Below, piece after piece: positions 37,167-46,641 of a DNA stretch of 64,000 nucleotides (positions are counted from its first letter, which is position 1; every line of letters starts with the position of its first letter). The notes below the pieces were generated by a model. It saw only the letters and a list, made by a program, of their open reading frames with translations, had not been told where the DNA came from and did no database searches. A program made the position numbers and the translations under genes. This DNA is from Syntrophaceae bacterium (GTDB taxonomy: Bacteria > Desulfobacterota > Syntrophia > Syntrophales > Smithellaceae). Location: assembly GCA_018436925.1 (NCBI GenBank), contig JAHDKI010000012.1, forward strand, positions 4,324 to 68,323, in the 5' to 3' direction.

Positions 37167-38162
37167 ATGACGATCATCACCTCAGAAATCCGGACCTTCC
37201 TCAACCAGCATCTGGGGCACGTGGACTATCGTCTTGTTCCCATCGAAAAAGGCGGCTCCGACCGCCATTTCTTCCGGGTCATTTTGATGGACGCCCGCAG
37301 CTTCATCTTCATGCGCTACGGCACGGAGGTCGAGGAAAACGCTTACTGGACGGCCATCAACCGGTTTTTAAACGACCTGCATCTCCCCGTCCCGCTGATT
37401 ATCGCCTTTGACGCCGGCAAGCGCTTCGTGCTGACCGAAGACCTGGGCGACGACGATCTGTTTTCCCAAAAGGGGCTCCCCTGGAGCAAACGAAGGCACT
37501 ACTACCTTGCGGCGCTTTCGGAAATTCACCGCCTGCACCGTCATCCGCCGGATCAGATTCCGCCGGGGCTCAAGCTTTGCCGGGGCTACGACCGCGATCT
37601 GTACGTCTGGGAGCACAACTATTTTCTGGACCATTTCGTGGGCGCCGTATGCAATCTCAGCCTGCCGGACCCCGCGCTTCACGCCTGGCAGGCGGAAGCC
37701 GATACGCTCATCGCGCGGCTTTTGCGGACTGCACCCTGCCTGATTCACCGCGACTTTCAATCGCAAAACATTCTAATCCGGGACGAAAGGCCCGTTTTCA
37801 TCGACTTTCAGGGCCTGCGGCAAGGCTCTCTCTATTACGACCTGGGGTCGCTCATCTGCGATCCTTATGTCGTCCTCACCGGCGACGAGCGGCGGGAACT
37901 CAAGGCGTTTTACTATCGGATTTTCGAGCCGGACTACAGCCTGGCCGAATTCACCACCCGCTTCTGGGAGGGGGCCGCCCAACGGCTGATGCAGGCTCTG
38001 GGCGCTTACGGTTTTCTGGGTCTCACGAAGAACAAGCCCGGCTTTCTCCAGCATATCGAAAACGGGCTTGTTAACCTGATTGCCGCCGCCGAGAAAGCCG
38101 CCTTACCGGTCTTGTCTGATATCGCCAACCAGTGTTGCGAGATTCTCAAACGCCGCAGATAA
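37167..38162 (+). CDS. amgK: APH-family sugar kinase, AmgK-like (MurNAc/GlcNAc anomeric kinase)
   Basis: Brenner motif IHRDFQSQNILI and DFQG. Size and pairing with murU match the AmgK-MurU recycling pair known from Pseudomonas. Confidence 0.7.
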   Translation: MTIITSEIRTFLNQHLGHVDYRLVPIEKGGSDRHFFRVILMDARSFIFMRYGTEVEENAYWTAINRFLNDLHLPVPLIIAFDAGKRFVLTEDLGDDDLFSQKGLPWSKRRHYYLAALSEIHRLHRHPPDQIPPGLKLCRGYDRDLYVWEHNYFLDHFVGAVCNLSLPDPALHAWQAEADTLIARLLRTAPCLIHRDFQSQNILIRDERPVFIDFQGLRQGSLYYDLGSLICDPYVVLTGDERRELKAFYYRIFEPDYSLAEFTTRFWEGAAQRLMQALGAYGFLGLTKNKPGFLQHIENGLVNLIAAAEKAALPVLSDIANQCCEILKRRR

Positions 38163-38285
38163 CCCCTGCCCGGATATCTTCAAAGAAACACCTCTCCTGA
38201 CCCATAGCTCATGATTCATTGCTCCTTAAAAGCGCGGTCGGATGCCATCGGGCCGGGCTTTCTTGCCCCCCACCGCTTTTCACAA

Positions 38286-38369
38286 CCTACGCCTCAATCC
38301 TTTCGCCTTTATCCTTTATCCTTTATCCTTTGTCCTTTGGCCTTCATCCTTCGGCCCCATTCCTTTTTC
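38286..38369. repeat. 7-nt tandem array, ~12 units (CTTTATC x3 core, degenerate flanks)
   Basis: cctacgc ctcaatc ctttcgc ctttatc ctttatc ctttatc ctttgtc ctttggc cttcatc cttcggc cccattc cttttt. Located 73 nt upstream of the leuS ATG. Confidence 0.9.
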
Positions 38370-38441
38370 CAATTGCGCCGGCAAGTCCGATGTGTTAGAC
38401 AACTGGCCGATTATTGCACGATTTCGGGAGCGCACCAAACC

Positions 38442-41018
38442 ATGAAATACAATCCGACCGCCATCGAAGAAAAATGGCAAAAAAAGTGGGAAGACGAAAA
38501 AACATTCAAAGCCACCGAAGACCCGGCGAAACCCAAGTATTATCTTTTGGAAATGTTTCCCTACCCGTCGGGGAAAATCCATATCGGCCATGTCCGCAAT
38601 TACACCATCGGCGACGTGGTCGCGCGTTACAAGCGCATGAGAGGCTTCAACGTTCTGCATCCGATCGGATGGGACGCCTTCGGGATGCCCGCCGAAAACG
38701 CGGCCATTGAAAACAAGATTCATCCGGCCAAATGGACGCACGAAAACATCTCCCACATGAAAAAACAGCTCAAGCGCATGGGCTTCAGCTACGACTGGGA
38801 CCGCGAAGTGGCCACCTGCGAAGCCGACTATTACCGCTGGGAGCAGCTCTTTTTTATCTGGATGTTTGAAAAAGGCCTGGCCTATAAAAAACGCTCCAGC
38901 GTCAACTTCTGCGTCAAATGCGACACGGTGCTGGCCAACGAACAGGTCGAAAGCGGACTTTGCTGGCGCTGCGGAACGGACGTGACGGAAAAAGTGCTCG
39001 ATCAGTGGTTTTTCAAAATCACCGCCTACATTGACGAGCTTCTGGCATACTGCGACAAACTTCCCGGCTGGCCGGAACGCGTGATGACGATGCAGAAAAA
39101 CTGGATCGGTAAAAGCACCGGCTGCCTGGTCGATTTCCCCCGAGACGACGGACAAGGCGCCATTTCGGTCTTCACCACCCGTCAGGATACGCTCTTCGGC
39201 GCGACCTTCATGCTGGTGGCGGCCGAGCATCCGCTGGTCACACAACTCGCCTCCGGCAAACCCTGCGAAAAGGACGTGGCGGCGTTTGTCGACAAAGTCA
39301 AAAAGCAAGACAAGCTCATGCGCACCTCCGAGTATTACGAAAAAGAGGGCCTGTTTCTCGACGCCTACTGCATCAACCCTCTCACCGGCTGGAAGATGCC
39401 GATTTATGCGGCCAACTTCGTTTTGGCCGACTACGGCACCGGCTGCGTGATGGCCGTGCCCACGCACGATCAGCGCGACTTCGAATTCGCGCAAAAGTTC
39501 AACCTGCAGCGGGTCGTCGTCATTTCCCCCAAAGACCGGACGCTTGATCCCGCAACCATGACCGAGGCGTATGTCGATGAAGGCGTGCTGGTCAACTCGG
39601 GCCCCTTCAACGGGATGATTAATACGAAGGCGCTCGAAGACATCGCCGATTATCTGGAGGCCGAAGGCAAAGGCAAACGGACGATTCAGTACCGCCTGCG
39701 CGACTGGGGCATTTCCCGCCAGCGCTACTGGGGCGCGCCCATTCCGATGATCAACTGCGATCAATGCGGCATCGTCGCGGTTCCCGAAAAAGACCTGCCG
39801 GTGGTGCTGCCCGAAAATGTCACCTTCAGCCCCGAAGGCGGCTCGCCTCTGGCTTCGCTTGCCGAATTCGTCAATACGTCCTGCCCGAAATGCGGGGGAT
39901 CCGCCCGGCGCGAAACCGACACGATGGACACGTTTGTGGAATCGTCTTGGTACTTCGAACGCTACTGCTCTCCCAAACACGGCATCAAACCGGGGCTTGA
40001 CCGCAAGGCGCTCGACTACTGGATGCCGGTGGATCAGTACATCGGCGGCATCGAACACGCGATTCTGCATCTGCTCTACGCGCGCTTTTACACGAAAGTC
40101 CTGCGCGATATGGGCGTGGTGGGCGTGGATGAGCCTTTCACCAATCTGCTCACGCAGGGCATGGTATGCAAGGAAACGATGAAATGCCCCGAGCATGGCT
40201 ATCTCTTCCCCGAGCAGGGCGCGGGCGGCAAATGCGCGATTTGCGGCAAGGACGTGATTCTCGGCAAAACTGAAAAAATGTCCAAATCGCTTAAAAACGT
40301 CATCGACCCCGATTTTCTGGTGAAAACCTACGGCGCGGATACGGCGCGCATGTTCTGCCTGTTTGCGGCGCCGCCGGAAAAAGATCTGGAATGGAGCGAA
40401 CAGGGCGTGGACGGCTCTTTCCGTTTTCTGGGCCGCCTGTGGCGGATCTTTGACGAGTATCTCGAAGACATCAAGCCGATTGCGCCCGTATCGGGCCACC
40501 CTGCCCTGGCCGACGACCTCAAGACGCTTCGCCGCAAAACGCATCAGACGATCGCCAAGGTGACCCAGGACATCGAAGACCGGTTCCACTTCAACACGGC
40601 CATCAGCGCGGTCATGGAGCTGGTCAATGCGCTCTACGGCGTCAAGCGGCCGGATCAAACCGACCAACTGGCCCTGTCGGTCATTCGCGAAGCCCTCGAA
40701 GCGGCGATCCTGCTTCTCACGCCCATCGTCCCGCACATGACCGAAGAGCTCTGGCAGATCCTGGGGCATGAAAAATGCGCCTCCGACATGTCCTGGCCGG
40801 TTTGCGATTCCGCCATCGCCAGCGAAGACGAAATGACCATCGTCATTCAGATCAACGGAAAACTCCGCAGCCGGCTGACCGTTCCGGTGGATGAACCGGA
40901 GGAAAAAATCAAAGCCTGCGCGCTGGCCGACGAAAAAATTCTTTCCTTCCTGGCGGGCGCCAACGTAATGAAGGTGATTTATGTGCCCAAAAAGCTCGTC
41001 AACATCGTGGCCAAATAA
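38442..41018 (+). CDS. leuS: leucine--tRNA ligase
   Basis: Starts [16 protein letters not shown], with HIGH (KIHIGH) and KMSKS motifs and a CP1 editing domain. Start moved to Met78 of the ORF. Confidence 0.95.
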   Translation: MKYNPTAIEEKWQKKWEDEKTFKATEDPAKPKYYLLEMFPYPSGKIHIGHVRNYTIGDVVARYKRMRGFNVLHPIGWDAFGMPAENAAIENKIHPAKWTHENISHMKKQLKRMGFSYDWDREVATCEADYYRWEQLFFIWMFEKGLAYKKRSSVNFCVKCDTVLANEQVESGLCWRCGTDVTEKVLDQWFFKITAYIDELLAYCDKLPGWPERVMTMQKNWIGKSTGCLVDFPRDDGQGAISVFTTRQDTLFGATFMLVAAEHPLVTQLASGKPCEKDVAAFVDKVKKQDKLMRTSEYYEKEGLFLDAYCINPLTGWKMPIYAANFVLADYGTGCVMAVPTHDQRDFEFAQKFNLQRVVVISPKDRTLDPATMTEAYVDEGVLVNSGPFNGMINTKALEDIADYLEAEGKGKRTIQYRLRDWGISRQRYWGAPIPMINCDQCGIVAVPEKDLPVVLPENVTFSPEGGSPLASLAEFVNTSCPKCGGSARRETDTMDTFVESSWYFERYCSPKHGIKPGLDRKALDYWMPVDQYIGGIEHAILHLLYARFYTKVLRDMGVVGVDEPFTNLLTQGMVCKETMKCPEHGYLFPEQGAGGKCAICGKDVILGKTEKMSKSLKNVIDPDFLVKTYGADTARMFCLFAAPPEKDLEWSEQGVDGSFRFLGRLWRIFDEYLEDIKPIAPVSGHPALADDLKTLRRKTHQTIAKVTQDIEDRFHFNTAISAVMELVNALYGVKRPDQTDQLALSVIREALEAAILLLTPIVPHMTEELWQILGHEKCASDMSWPVCDSAIASEDEMTIVIQINGKLRSRLTVPVDEPEEKIKACALADEKILSFLAGANVMKVIYVPKKLVNIVAK

Positions 41019-41027
41019 GGTGACCCG

Positions 41028-41555
41028 ATGACCCGCAGACTTCTGAAACGGCTGGCGGCAACCGCCGCGCTTTGCGTCGTCCTGTCGGGATGCGGCTACA
41101 CTTTCGCCCCTCAGGGGGAACACATCGACTCAAGCCTCCGCAGAATCTATGTGGAGCCTTTTGTCAACCAGACCGCCCAGTCCGATCTGGACAACCTGGT
41201 GCGCGCCGCCTTTATCGATCAATTCCTCCAGACAAGCCGCTTCACAGTGGTTCAAAGCCTGGCCGAGGCGGACGCCTCCGTCAGCGGCGCCGTGACCAAT
41301 CTCAACACCGCCCCTTTGTCCTATCGGCGCAGCATGCTGGCCGCCGAAGAGCGCGCCGTGATGGTGATTCAGGTGAGCTTTATCGACCGAAAAAGCGGAA
41401 AAACGATCTGGTCGTCAAGGCAGGTCAGAAACACCATCGACTATGAACTGGAAGACGATATCAACTCGATTGTCAACACGCGCAAGGCGGCCTATGAAAA
41501 GCTCGCCCAGGACACCGTCGAGCGCGCCTTCAATTTAATGATGTCCAACTTTTAG
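41028..41555 (+). CDS. lptE: LPS-assembly lipoprotein LptE (RlpB)
   Basis: Lipobox LSGC, 175 aa, in the conserved position immediately after leuS. Confidence 0.7.
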   Translation: MTRRLLKRLAATAALCVVLSGCGYTFAPQGEHIDSSLRRIYVEPFVNQTAQSDLDNLVRAAFIDQFLQTSRFTVVQSLAEADASVSGAVTNLNTAPLSYRRSMLAAEERAVMVIQVSFIDRKSGKTIWSSRQVRNTIDYELEDDINSIVNTRKAAYEKLAQDTVERAFNLMMSNF

Positions 41556-41569
41556 CGCCGAAAGCCGTT

Positions 41570-43966
41570 ATGAAAAACGCGATTTTCAAACTGGGCCGCT
41601 TCCTGTTTTTTCCTCCGGGCGCGGCCTTGCCGGAGGCGTCCTGCACCGCAAACGACATCCATCGGCCCACGGCGTTTTTTTTAAACCGGGCCCAGGACTT
41701 TCTTGGGGTTGCCGACACGGAAGCGCGCGTGTCTTGCAGTCCGGAGAGCCTGCGCAGGCTGCTGACCACGGCTCGCGAAACCAAAGCCGGTCTTGTCTAT
41801 TCCGACTATTTCACCGCAACCGCAGGAAAGCTCAACCCCCGGCCGCTCATCGACTACCAGGACGGGTCGATCCGCGACGATTTCCATTTCGGGCCGCTGT
41901 TCGTCCTGTCGAGCGCCGCCGCGAAAGCCGCCATTGAGAAATACGGTCCCCTGCCCGCCGATCCGGATCTGGCGTTTTATGATCTTAGGCTGAAAATCGG
42001 CGCGGATTCCCCGATTGTGCGCATCCCCGAATGTCTCTACCGAGTCGAGCGGACGGACGAAGGCGGCAAAAAAAGCGGACGGACCGAAACGCACTTTGCC
42101 TACGCCGTGGCCGACCAGGCGGCCCGGCAGAAAAAACTCGAAAAAATCGCCACGGCGCATCTTCAACGCATCGGCGCCTGGCTGCCTGCGCCAGCGGGCC
42201 GACCCAAGCCCGCGGCTGCGGCTTTCCCAGTCGTGGCCAGCGTCGTGATCCCCGTGCTCAACCGGAAAAAAACGATCGCCCAGGCGATCGGCAGCGCGCT
42301 TTCACAAAAAACCGATTTTGCCTTCAACATCCTGGTCGTGGACAATCATTCCACGGACGGAACCACCGCCGTCATCAAAAAACTTGCCGCCTCCTCCGGC
42401 CGCGTCATCCACATGATTCCGTCCCGGTGCGATCTGGGCATCGGCGGCTGCTGGAACGAGGCCCTGCACTCGCCTTCCTGCGGGCGCTTCGCGGTTCAGC
42501 TCGATTCCGACGATCTGTATGCGTCGCCCGGCGCCCTGCAAAAAATCGTCGACACGCTTCGGCGGGGAGGCTATGCCATGGTCGCCGGGTCCTACACACT
42601 GGTCGACAAAAGGCTGCGACCGATTCCGCCGGGGCTTATCGATCACCGCGAATGGTCGAGGCGAAACGGCCACAATAACCTGTTGCGCGTGGGCGGCGTC
42701 GGCGCCCCGCGCGCTTTCGACACGGCGCTTGCGCGGGAGATCGGTTTTCCCAATGTCAGCTTCGGAGAGGATTACGCCGTCGCCCTGCGATTTTCACGCG
42801 ACTATCCGATCGGCCGGATTTACGAAAGCCTCTATCTGTGCCGACGCTGGGAAGACAACACCGACGCGGCGCTGCCGGTTGAAAAGCAAAACCAAAACGA
42901 CTTTTACAAAGACCGGCTTAGATCCATCGAAATTCAGGCCCGCAGGATTTTGCAGGCAAAGCGGCGGGAATCGGCAAAGGCGCAGGACCCTTTGTCGCCC
43001 CGCGTGTTCAGTGTTTTCCCCGACCGCAACGCCTCGGCTCTGCCCCAGGCGTGCAGACGGCTGCTTTCCGCGCAGAAAAAAGACTGGCCCGCGCTGGCCG
43101 AAGCCTATCGGAATCTGGATGCGGTTCAAGAAAGAACGCTGGAGTGCGGACATTACTCGGTTCGCCTGCAGTTCAATCCGGGAAGGCAAATAAGCTCCGG
43201 CGCGGCCGTGGATCCGGCGTCGGTGCGCAAAAGACCCTGCTTTTTGTGCCTCTCCTCTCTGCCCTCGGAGCAAAAAGGCCTTGTCTACCGCAACGACTAC
43301 CTGATCTTATGCAATCCGGCTCCGATATTCGATGCGCATTTCACGGTATCGAGCCTGGAGCATCGGCCTCAGACGATTGAATCGGCCGTCCCGACCCTGC
43401 TTGCGCTGGCACGCGACGCCTCGCCCGACTTTGCCGTGTTTTACAACGGACCGGCCGCAGGCGCCTCCGCGCCCGATCACCTTCACTTTCAAATGACGCC
43501 GGCCGATAAGCTGCCCTTTTTGGCTTTGCTGTCGTCGATGCCGGATTTTGGCCGCAGCGCGCCCATGCGCGTCAGCCGGGGCTTCGACCGCTCTATAATC
43601 GTTTTGGAATCCGCCGACGAAAAAGCGCTTTCCGACCGGTTTTTCCGCCTGCTGGCAGCCGTCGGTCGGATTCTTCAAACCCCTTCCGAACCGATGCTCA
43701 ATGTGATTTCGGTGTTCACCGGCCGCGCCTGGAGGCTGATTATTTTTTTGCGCGGCAAGCACCGGCCCGACGCCTATTTTTTAAACGGCGCAGACCGGGT
43801 TTTCGTTTCGCCCGGAACCATCGACATGGCGGGCTGCGTGATTACGCCGCTTTCGCGGGATTTCAAGCGCCTTGACGCCGACGCCGTCAAAAGCATTTAT
43901 CGGGAGGTCTCGCTCAATGAAGCGACCCTCGACCGGATCGTGAAGCAACTAAAGGGAAAAGGATGA
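41570..43966 (+). CDS. three-domain protein: degenerate GT-A-like N-region + family 2 glycosyltransferase + GalT-branch HIT-like (DUF4922 / GDP-L-galactose-phosphorylase-like) C-domain
   Basis: The central GT2 has VVIPVLNRKKTIAQAIGSALSQ and DSDD. The C-terminal ~300 aa carry APDHLHFQ (an HxHxQ nucleotidyl-transfer motif). The N-terminal ~220 aa has GLVYSDY and an overall GT-A-like feel. Confidence 0.65.
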   Translation: MKNAIFKLGRFLFFPPGAALPEASCTANDIHRPTAFFLNRAQDFLGVADTEARVSCSPESLRRLLTTARETKAGLVYSDYFTATAGKLNPRPLIDYQDGSIRDDFHFGPLFVLSSAAAKAAIEKYGPLPADPDLAFYDLRLKIGADSPIVRIPECLYRVERTDEGGKKSGRTETHFAYAVADQAARQKKLEKIATAHLQRIGAWLPAPAGRPKPAAAAFPVVASVVIPVLNRKKTIAQAIGSALSQKTDFAFNILVVDNHSTDGTTAVIKKLAASSGRVIHMIPSRCDLGIGGCWNEALHSPSCGRFAVQLDSDDLYASPGALQKIVDTLRRGGYAMVAGSYTLVDKRLRPIPPGLIDHREWSRRNGHNNLLRVGGVGAPRAFDTALAREIGFPNVSFGEDYAVALRFSRDYPIGRIYESLYLCRRWEDNTDAALPVEKQNQNDFYKDRLRSIEIQARRILQAKRRESAKAQDPLSPRVFSVFPDRNASALPQACRRLLSAQKKDWPALAEAYRNLDAVQERTLECGHYSVRLQFNPGRQISSGAAVDPASVRKRPCFLCLSSLPSEQKGLVYRNDYLILCNPAPIFDAHFTVSSLEHRPQTIESAVPTLLALARDASPDFAVFYNGPAAGASAPDHLHFQMTPADKLPFLALLSSMPDFGRSAPMRVSRGFDRSIIVLESADEKALSDRFFRLLAAVGRILQTPSEPMLNVISVFTGRAWRLIIFLRGKHRPDAYFLNGADRVFVSPGTIDMAGCVITPLSRDFKRLDADAVKSIYREVSLNEATLDRIVKQLKGKG

Positions 43967-44514
43967 GCGATCAAAACACCATTGTGGACAGCGACATGAC
44001 TTTCGCCGAAGCCGTCTTCGGCTCTCCGGCGCCGGTGTCGATTATCGATACGCTTTCTTTGGTCGATGTCGTGTATTATTCGTTTGACTCAGTGCGGCAT
44101 GCAGGTCAGATCGTCGCCTGCGCGGAGCTCGAAGACGATCTTTATGAGATCTTCGCCTTTCTGGAGGACATCCGGTTTCCCGTGGGCAAAGCGATTCCGA
44201 TTGCCGCCTATTCCTGGAACGACGACGCCTCGATGGCCGACAATAACGCCTCGTCTTTTAATTTTCGGTTCATCGCAAACACCGGCAAACTGTCGCTGCA
44301 TGCGCTGGGCCGCGCCTTCGATCTCAATCCTGTTCAGAATCCCGTGATCTACTCCGCGGGCCTTGTCGCGCCTCCGGGCGCGCGCTATAACCCGTCGGCA
44401 TCCGGCGCGCTTTCGGAGCACTCCCCCGTTGTCCGGGAATTTCTCAAGCGCGGCTGGCGATGGGGCGGACACTTCGACGAGCCCAAGGATTACCACCACT
44501 TCGAAAAACCCTGA
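43963..44514 (+). CDS. M15-family (LAS) peptidoglycan metallopeptidase
   Basis: HALGRAFDL (Hx6D) and a C-terminal HHFE (HxH-type) zinc ligand pattern. ATGA overlap with the upstream gene. Confidence 0.7.
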   Translation: MSDQNTIVDSDMTFAEAVFGSPAPVSIIDTLSLVDVVYYSFDSVRHAGQIVACAELEDDLYEIFAFLEDIRFPVGKAIPIAAYSWNDDASMADNNASSFNFRFIANTGKLSLHALGRAFDLNPVQNPVIYSAGLVAPPGARYNPSASGALSEHSPVVREFLKRGWRWGGHFDEPKDYHHFEKP

Positions 44515-44570
44515 AGCCCGCCCGGCGGACATTTTCCGCTCACCCTTATCGGATTTTAAAGTGGGTTGCG

Positions 44571-45323
44571 TTACCGGCCTGCGGTTTTCCAGGCGCCGCC
44601 GGGAAGCGGCCGGGCGATGATGACGCCCGCGAGGGATCGGCGGGCCTTGACGTAAGCCGAAAGGGTCTGGCCGGAGATCGCGACCTTGCCTTCTTTGCGC
44701 GACGCGTGCATAAGCCGCAAGGCTCTTCCTTCTTTCACGGCAAAGCCGACATGCGCCACGTCGAGACCTTCAGCATTCGTAACGAAAGCCACAATGTCTC
44801 CGGGGAAAATGCGGTCCGCCGCCGAAAGCAAGTCGGACCGGCCGAACATCCGGATCGCTTTTCGGGAAAGGCGCTTCTCCGCCTCCTGCATCCTTTGAAA
44901 TTCCGTTTCCTGTTTCAAGGCGGGATAGGCGTCGCGATGCGATGTCATAAAAGAGATTTTCTTCCGAAGCGGCGCGCCGCCTTGGCCTTTCGACACGCCG
45001 GCGACGACCCGTTTTTTTTCGTTGTCGGAAATCCAGTCGCTGAAATAGTGCAAGCGTGAAGCGAAGCCTTCGATTTTGCCGCCGCGATAGCGGATCTCCT
45101 GCAGGTTTTTGCGAAACTGCGTTTGAGAAATCTTCCCCTGATCCGCGCAGGCCGAAAGCGCTAAAACGGTTTCCACATAAGTCACGCAGTCGAAGGCCGA
45201 AAGCTCCACCCTCAGCCGCTCCGGACCGGGTTTTTCCAGCGTCGCCGCCCGGTAGGGCGCCCCCAGAAAAATTCGCGCCACCGAAATCAGCCACTCCCCG
45301 TAAGCGCCGCGTTCAATCATCAT
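44571..45323 (-). CDS. DUF1460 (N-acetylmuramoyl-L-alanine amidase-like) protein
   Basis: Has FLGAPYRAATLE...FDCVTYVETVLAL typical of DUF1460. Start chosen at MMIERG (purine-rich stretch upstream); upstream Mets of the ORF are possible. Confidence 0.6.
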   Translation of the reverse strand: MMIERGAYGEWLISVARIFLGAPYRAATLEKPGPERLRVELSAFDCVTYVETVLALSACADQGKISQTQFRKNLQEIRYRGGKIEGFASRLHYFSDWISDNEKKRVVAGVSKGQGGAPLRKKISFMTSHRDAYPALKQETEFQRMQEAEKRLSRKAIRMFGRSDLLSAADRIFPGDIVAFVTNAEGLDVAHVGFAVKEGRALRLMHASRKEGKVAISGQTLSAYVKARRSLAGVIIARPLPGGAWKTAGR

Positions 45324-45420
45324 GATTCCATCCTCACCATCATGCTCAAGGACCATAAAAAATTGCCGGCAAGGAATCAAGCGTAAAAACGCGCCTGGCC
45401 GACTGGGTTTTGCAGACACA

Positions 45421-45456
45421 AAAAAAGGCCGGGCGCCGCGAAAACGGGCGCCCGGC
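45421..45456 (-). terminator. rho-independent terminator of rpsT
   Basis: On the minus strand: gccgggcgcc - 9-nt loop - ggcgcccggc, followed by a T6 run. Confidence 0.7.
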
Positions 45457-45478
45457 GGATATTGTAAGCGGTGGGGAT

Positions 45479-45745
45479 TTATCCCTGAAGCGCGTTGACT
45501 TTCCGGGTCAGACGGGAGATTTTGCGGGAAGCGTTTTTCTTGTGAATGAGCCCCTTGGACGCGGCTTTGGCCAAGGCCGGCGCCGCGGCTTTCAAGCCCT
45601 GGACGGATTGTTCCTTATTTTTCGCGTCGATGCTCGCCACAACAGCTTTCACTTTGGTTCGAATCGCGGATTTGGCCGCCACATTGCGCTCGCGGCGCAA
45701 TTTGCTCTGACGGTCGCGTTTTTCTGCTGATTTATGATTTGCCAA
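45479..45745 (-). CDS. rpsT: 30S ribosomal protein S20
   Basis: Starts MANHKSAEKRDRQ. 88 aa and basic. TTG start codon with AGGAGG upstream. Confidence 0.95.
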   Translation of the reverse strand: MANHKSAEKRDRQSKLRRERNVAAKSAIRTKVKAVVASIDAKNKEQSVQGLKAAAPALAKAASKGLIHKKNASRKISRLTRKVNALQG

Positions 45746-45975
45746 ACCTCATATCCTCCTGATTATTCATTTCATCGGGTCAAGCTGTCTAACCCAATAA
45801 TTCATGACTGTCAAGTTCAAAATTCCGCCGCACGGTCGACGAACGCCCGTTCCGTCTGTTTTGATTGACAGGATTATTCATTTCGCTTAAGGTGCTCGCG
45901 CAGCCTCAATGAAAATGATTTGCGACCGACAGTTTCGCGGGACGCGACAAAAATCCTTTGTGAAAGGCATTTCTC

Positions 45976-46632
45976 ATGGACGCAACAGGACGCCTGCCTA
46001 TCGCCATTCTGGGAGCGGGAGGCTTTGCGGAAGAAATCGCGGATCTTCTCGAAGATCTTTCCGAGCTGGAATTGATTGCCTTTGTGGAGAGCGCAGACAA
46101 GAATCGCTGCGGGAAAACGCTTCTGGGGCGGCCGGTGATCTGGATTGATGAAACCCCGGCGCTGGGGCCAGACTGCCGCTACATCTGCTCGGTGGGCTCG
46201 CCCGCCCAGCGAAAATCTTTTGTGGCGGACGCCTTATCCAGAGGGTTGAAATTCACGACGATCATTCATCCCAAAGCGCATGTCGCGCCGAGCTCGACCA
46301 TCGGGGAAGGGTGCGTACTTCATCCGGGCGTCATCGTCGCCGCCCGGACCGTCGTCGGCCGCCATACGCTTGTCAACCGCGGCTGCCTGATCGGCCACCA
46401 CGCGGAAATCGGCGAGTATGTCACCGTGTCTCCCGGCGCCAATATCGCCGGGCGAACGCGGATCGGCGAACTCGCCTATATCGGCATGGGATCGCTGGTT
46501 TTAGACGGTCTTCACGTGGGGGAACGATCGGTCGTGGGCTCAGGCGCGTTTGTCACCAAAGACGTCGCCGCCCGCACCCAGGTGATGGGCATGCCGGCTC
46601 GCGTCACGAAAGAAAACATTGAGGGAAAATAA
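45976..46632 (+). CDS. hexapeptide-repeat sugar acetyltransferase (NeuD/PglD family)
   Basis: N-terminal Rossmann-like IAILGAGGFAEE and a C-terminal left-handed beta-helix with hexapeptide repeats. Confidence 0.75.
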   Translation: MDATGRLPIAILGAGGFAEEIADLLEDLSELELIAFVESADKNRCGKTLLGRPVIWIDETPALGPDCRYICSVGSPAQRKSFVADALSRGLKFTTIIHPKAHVAPSSTIGEGCVLHPGVIVAARTVVGRHTLVNRGCLIGHHAEIGEYVTVSPGANIAGRTRIGELAYIGMGSLVLDGLHVGERSVVGSGAFVTKDVAARTQVMGMPARVTKENIEGK

Positions 46633-46641
46633 AACCGTCCT

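Noticed and set aside
38316-41123. 935-aa ORF on the minus strand, exactly antisense to leuS
   Set aside because: The sense-strand ORF has unambiguous LeuRS motifs (HIGH, KMSKS). The antisense product is low-complexity Arg/Gly/Ala/His-rich sequence, typical of stop-free antisense frames in GC-rich DNA.
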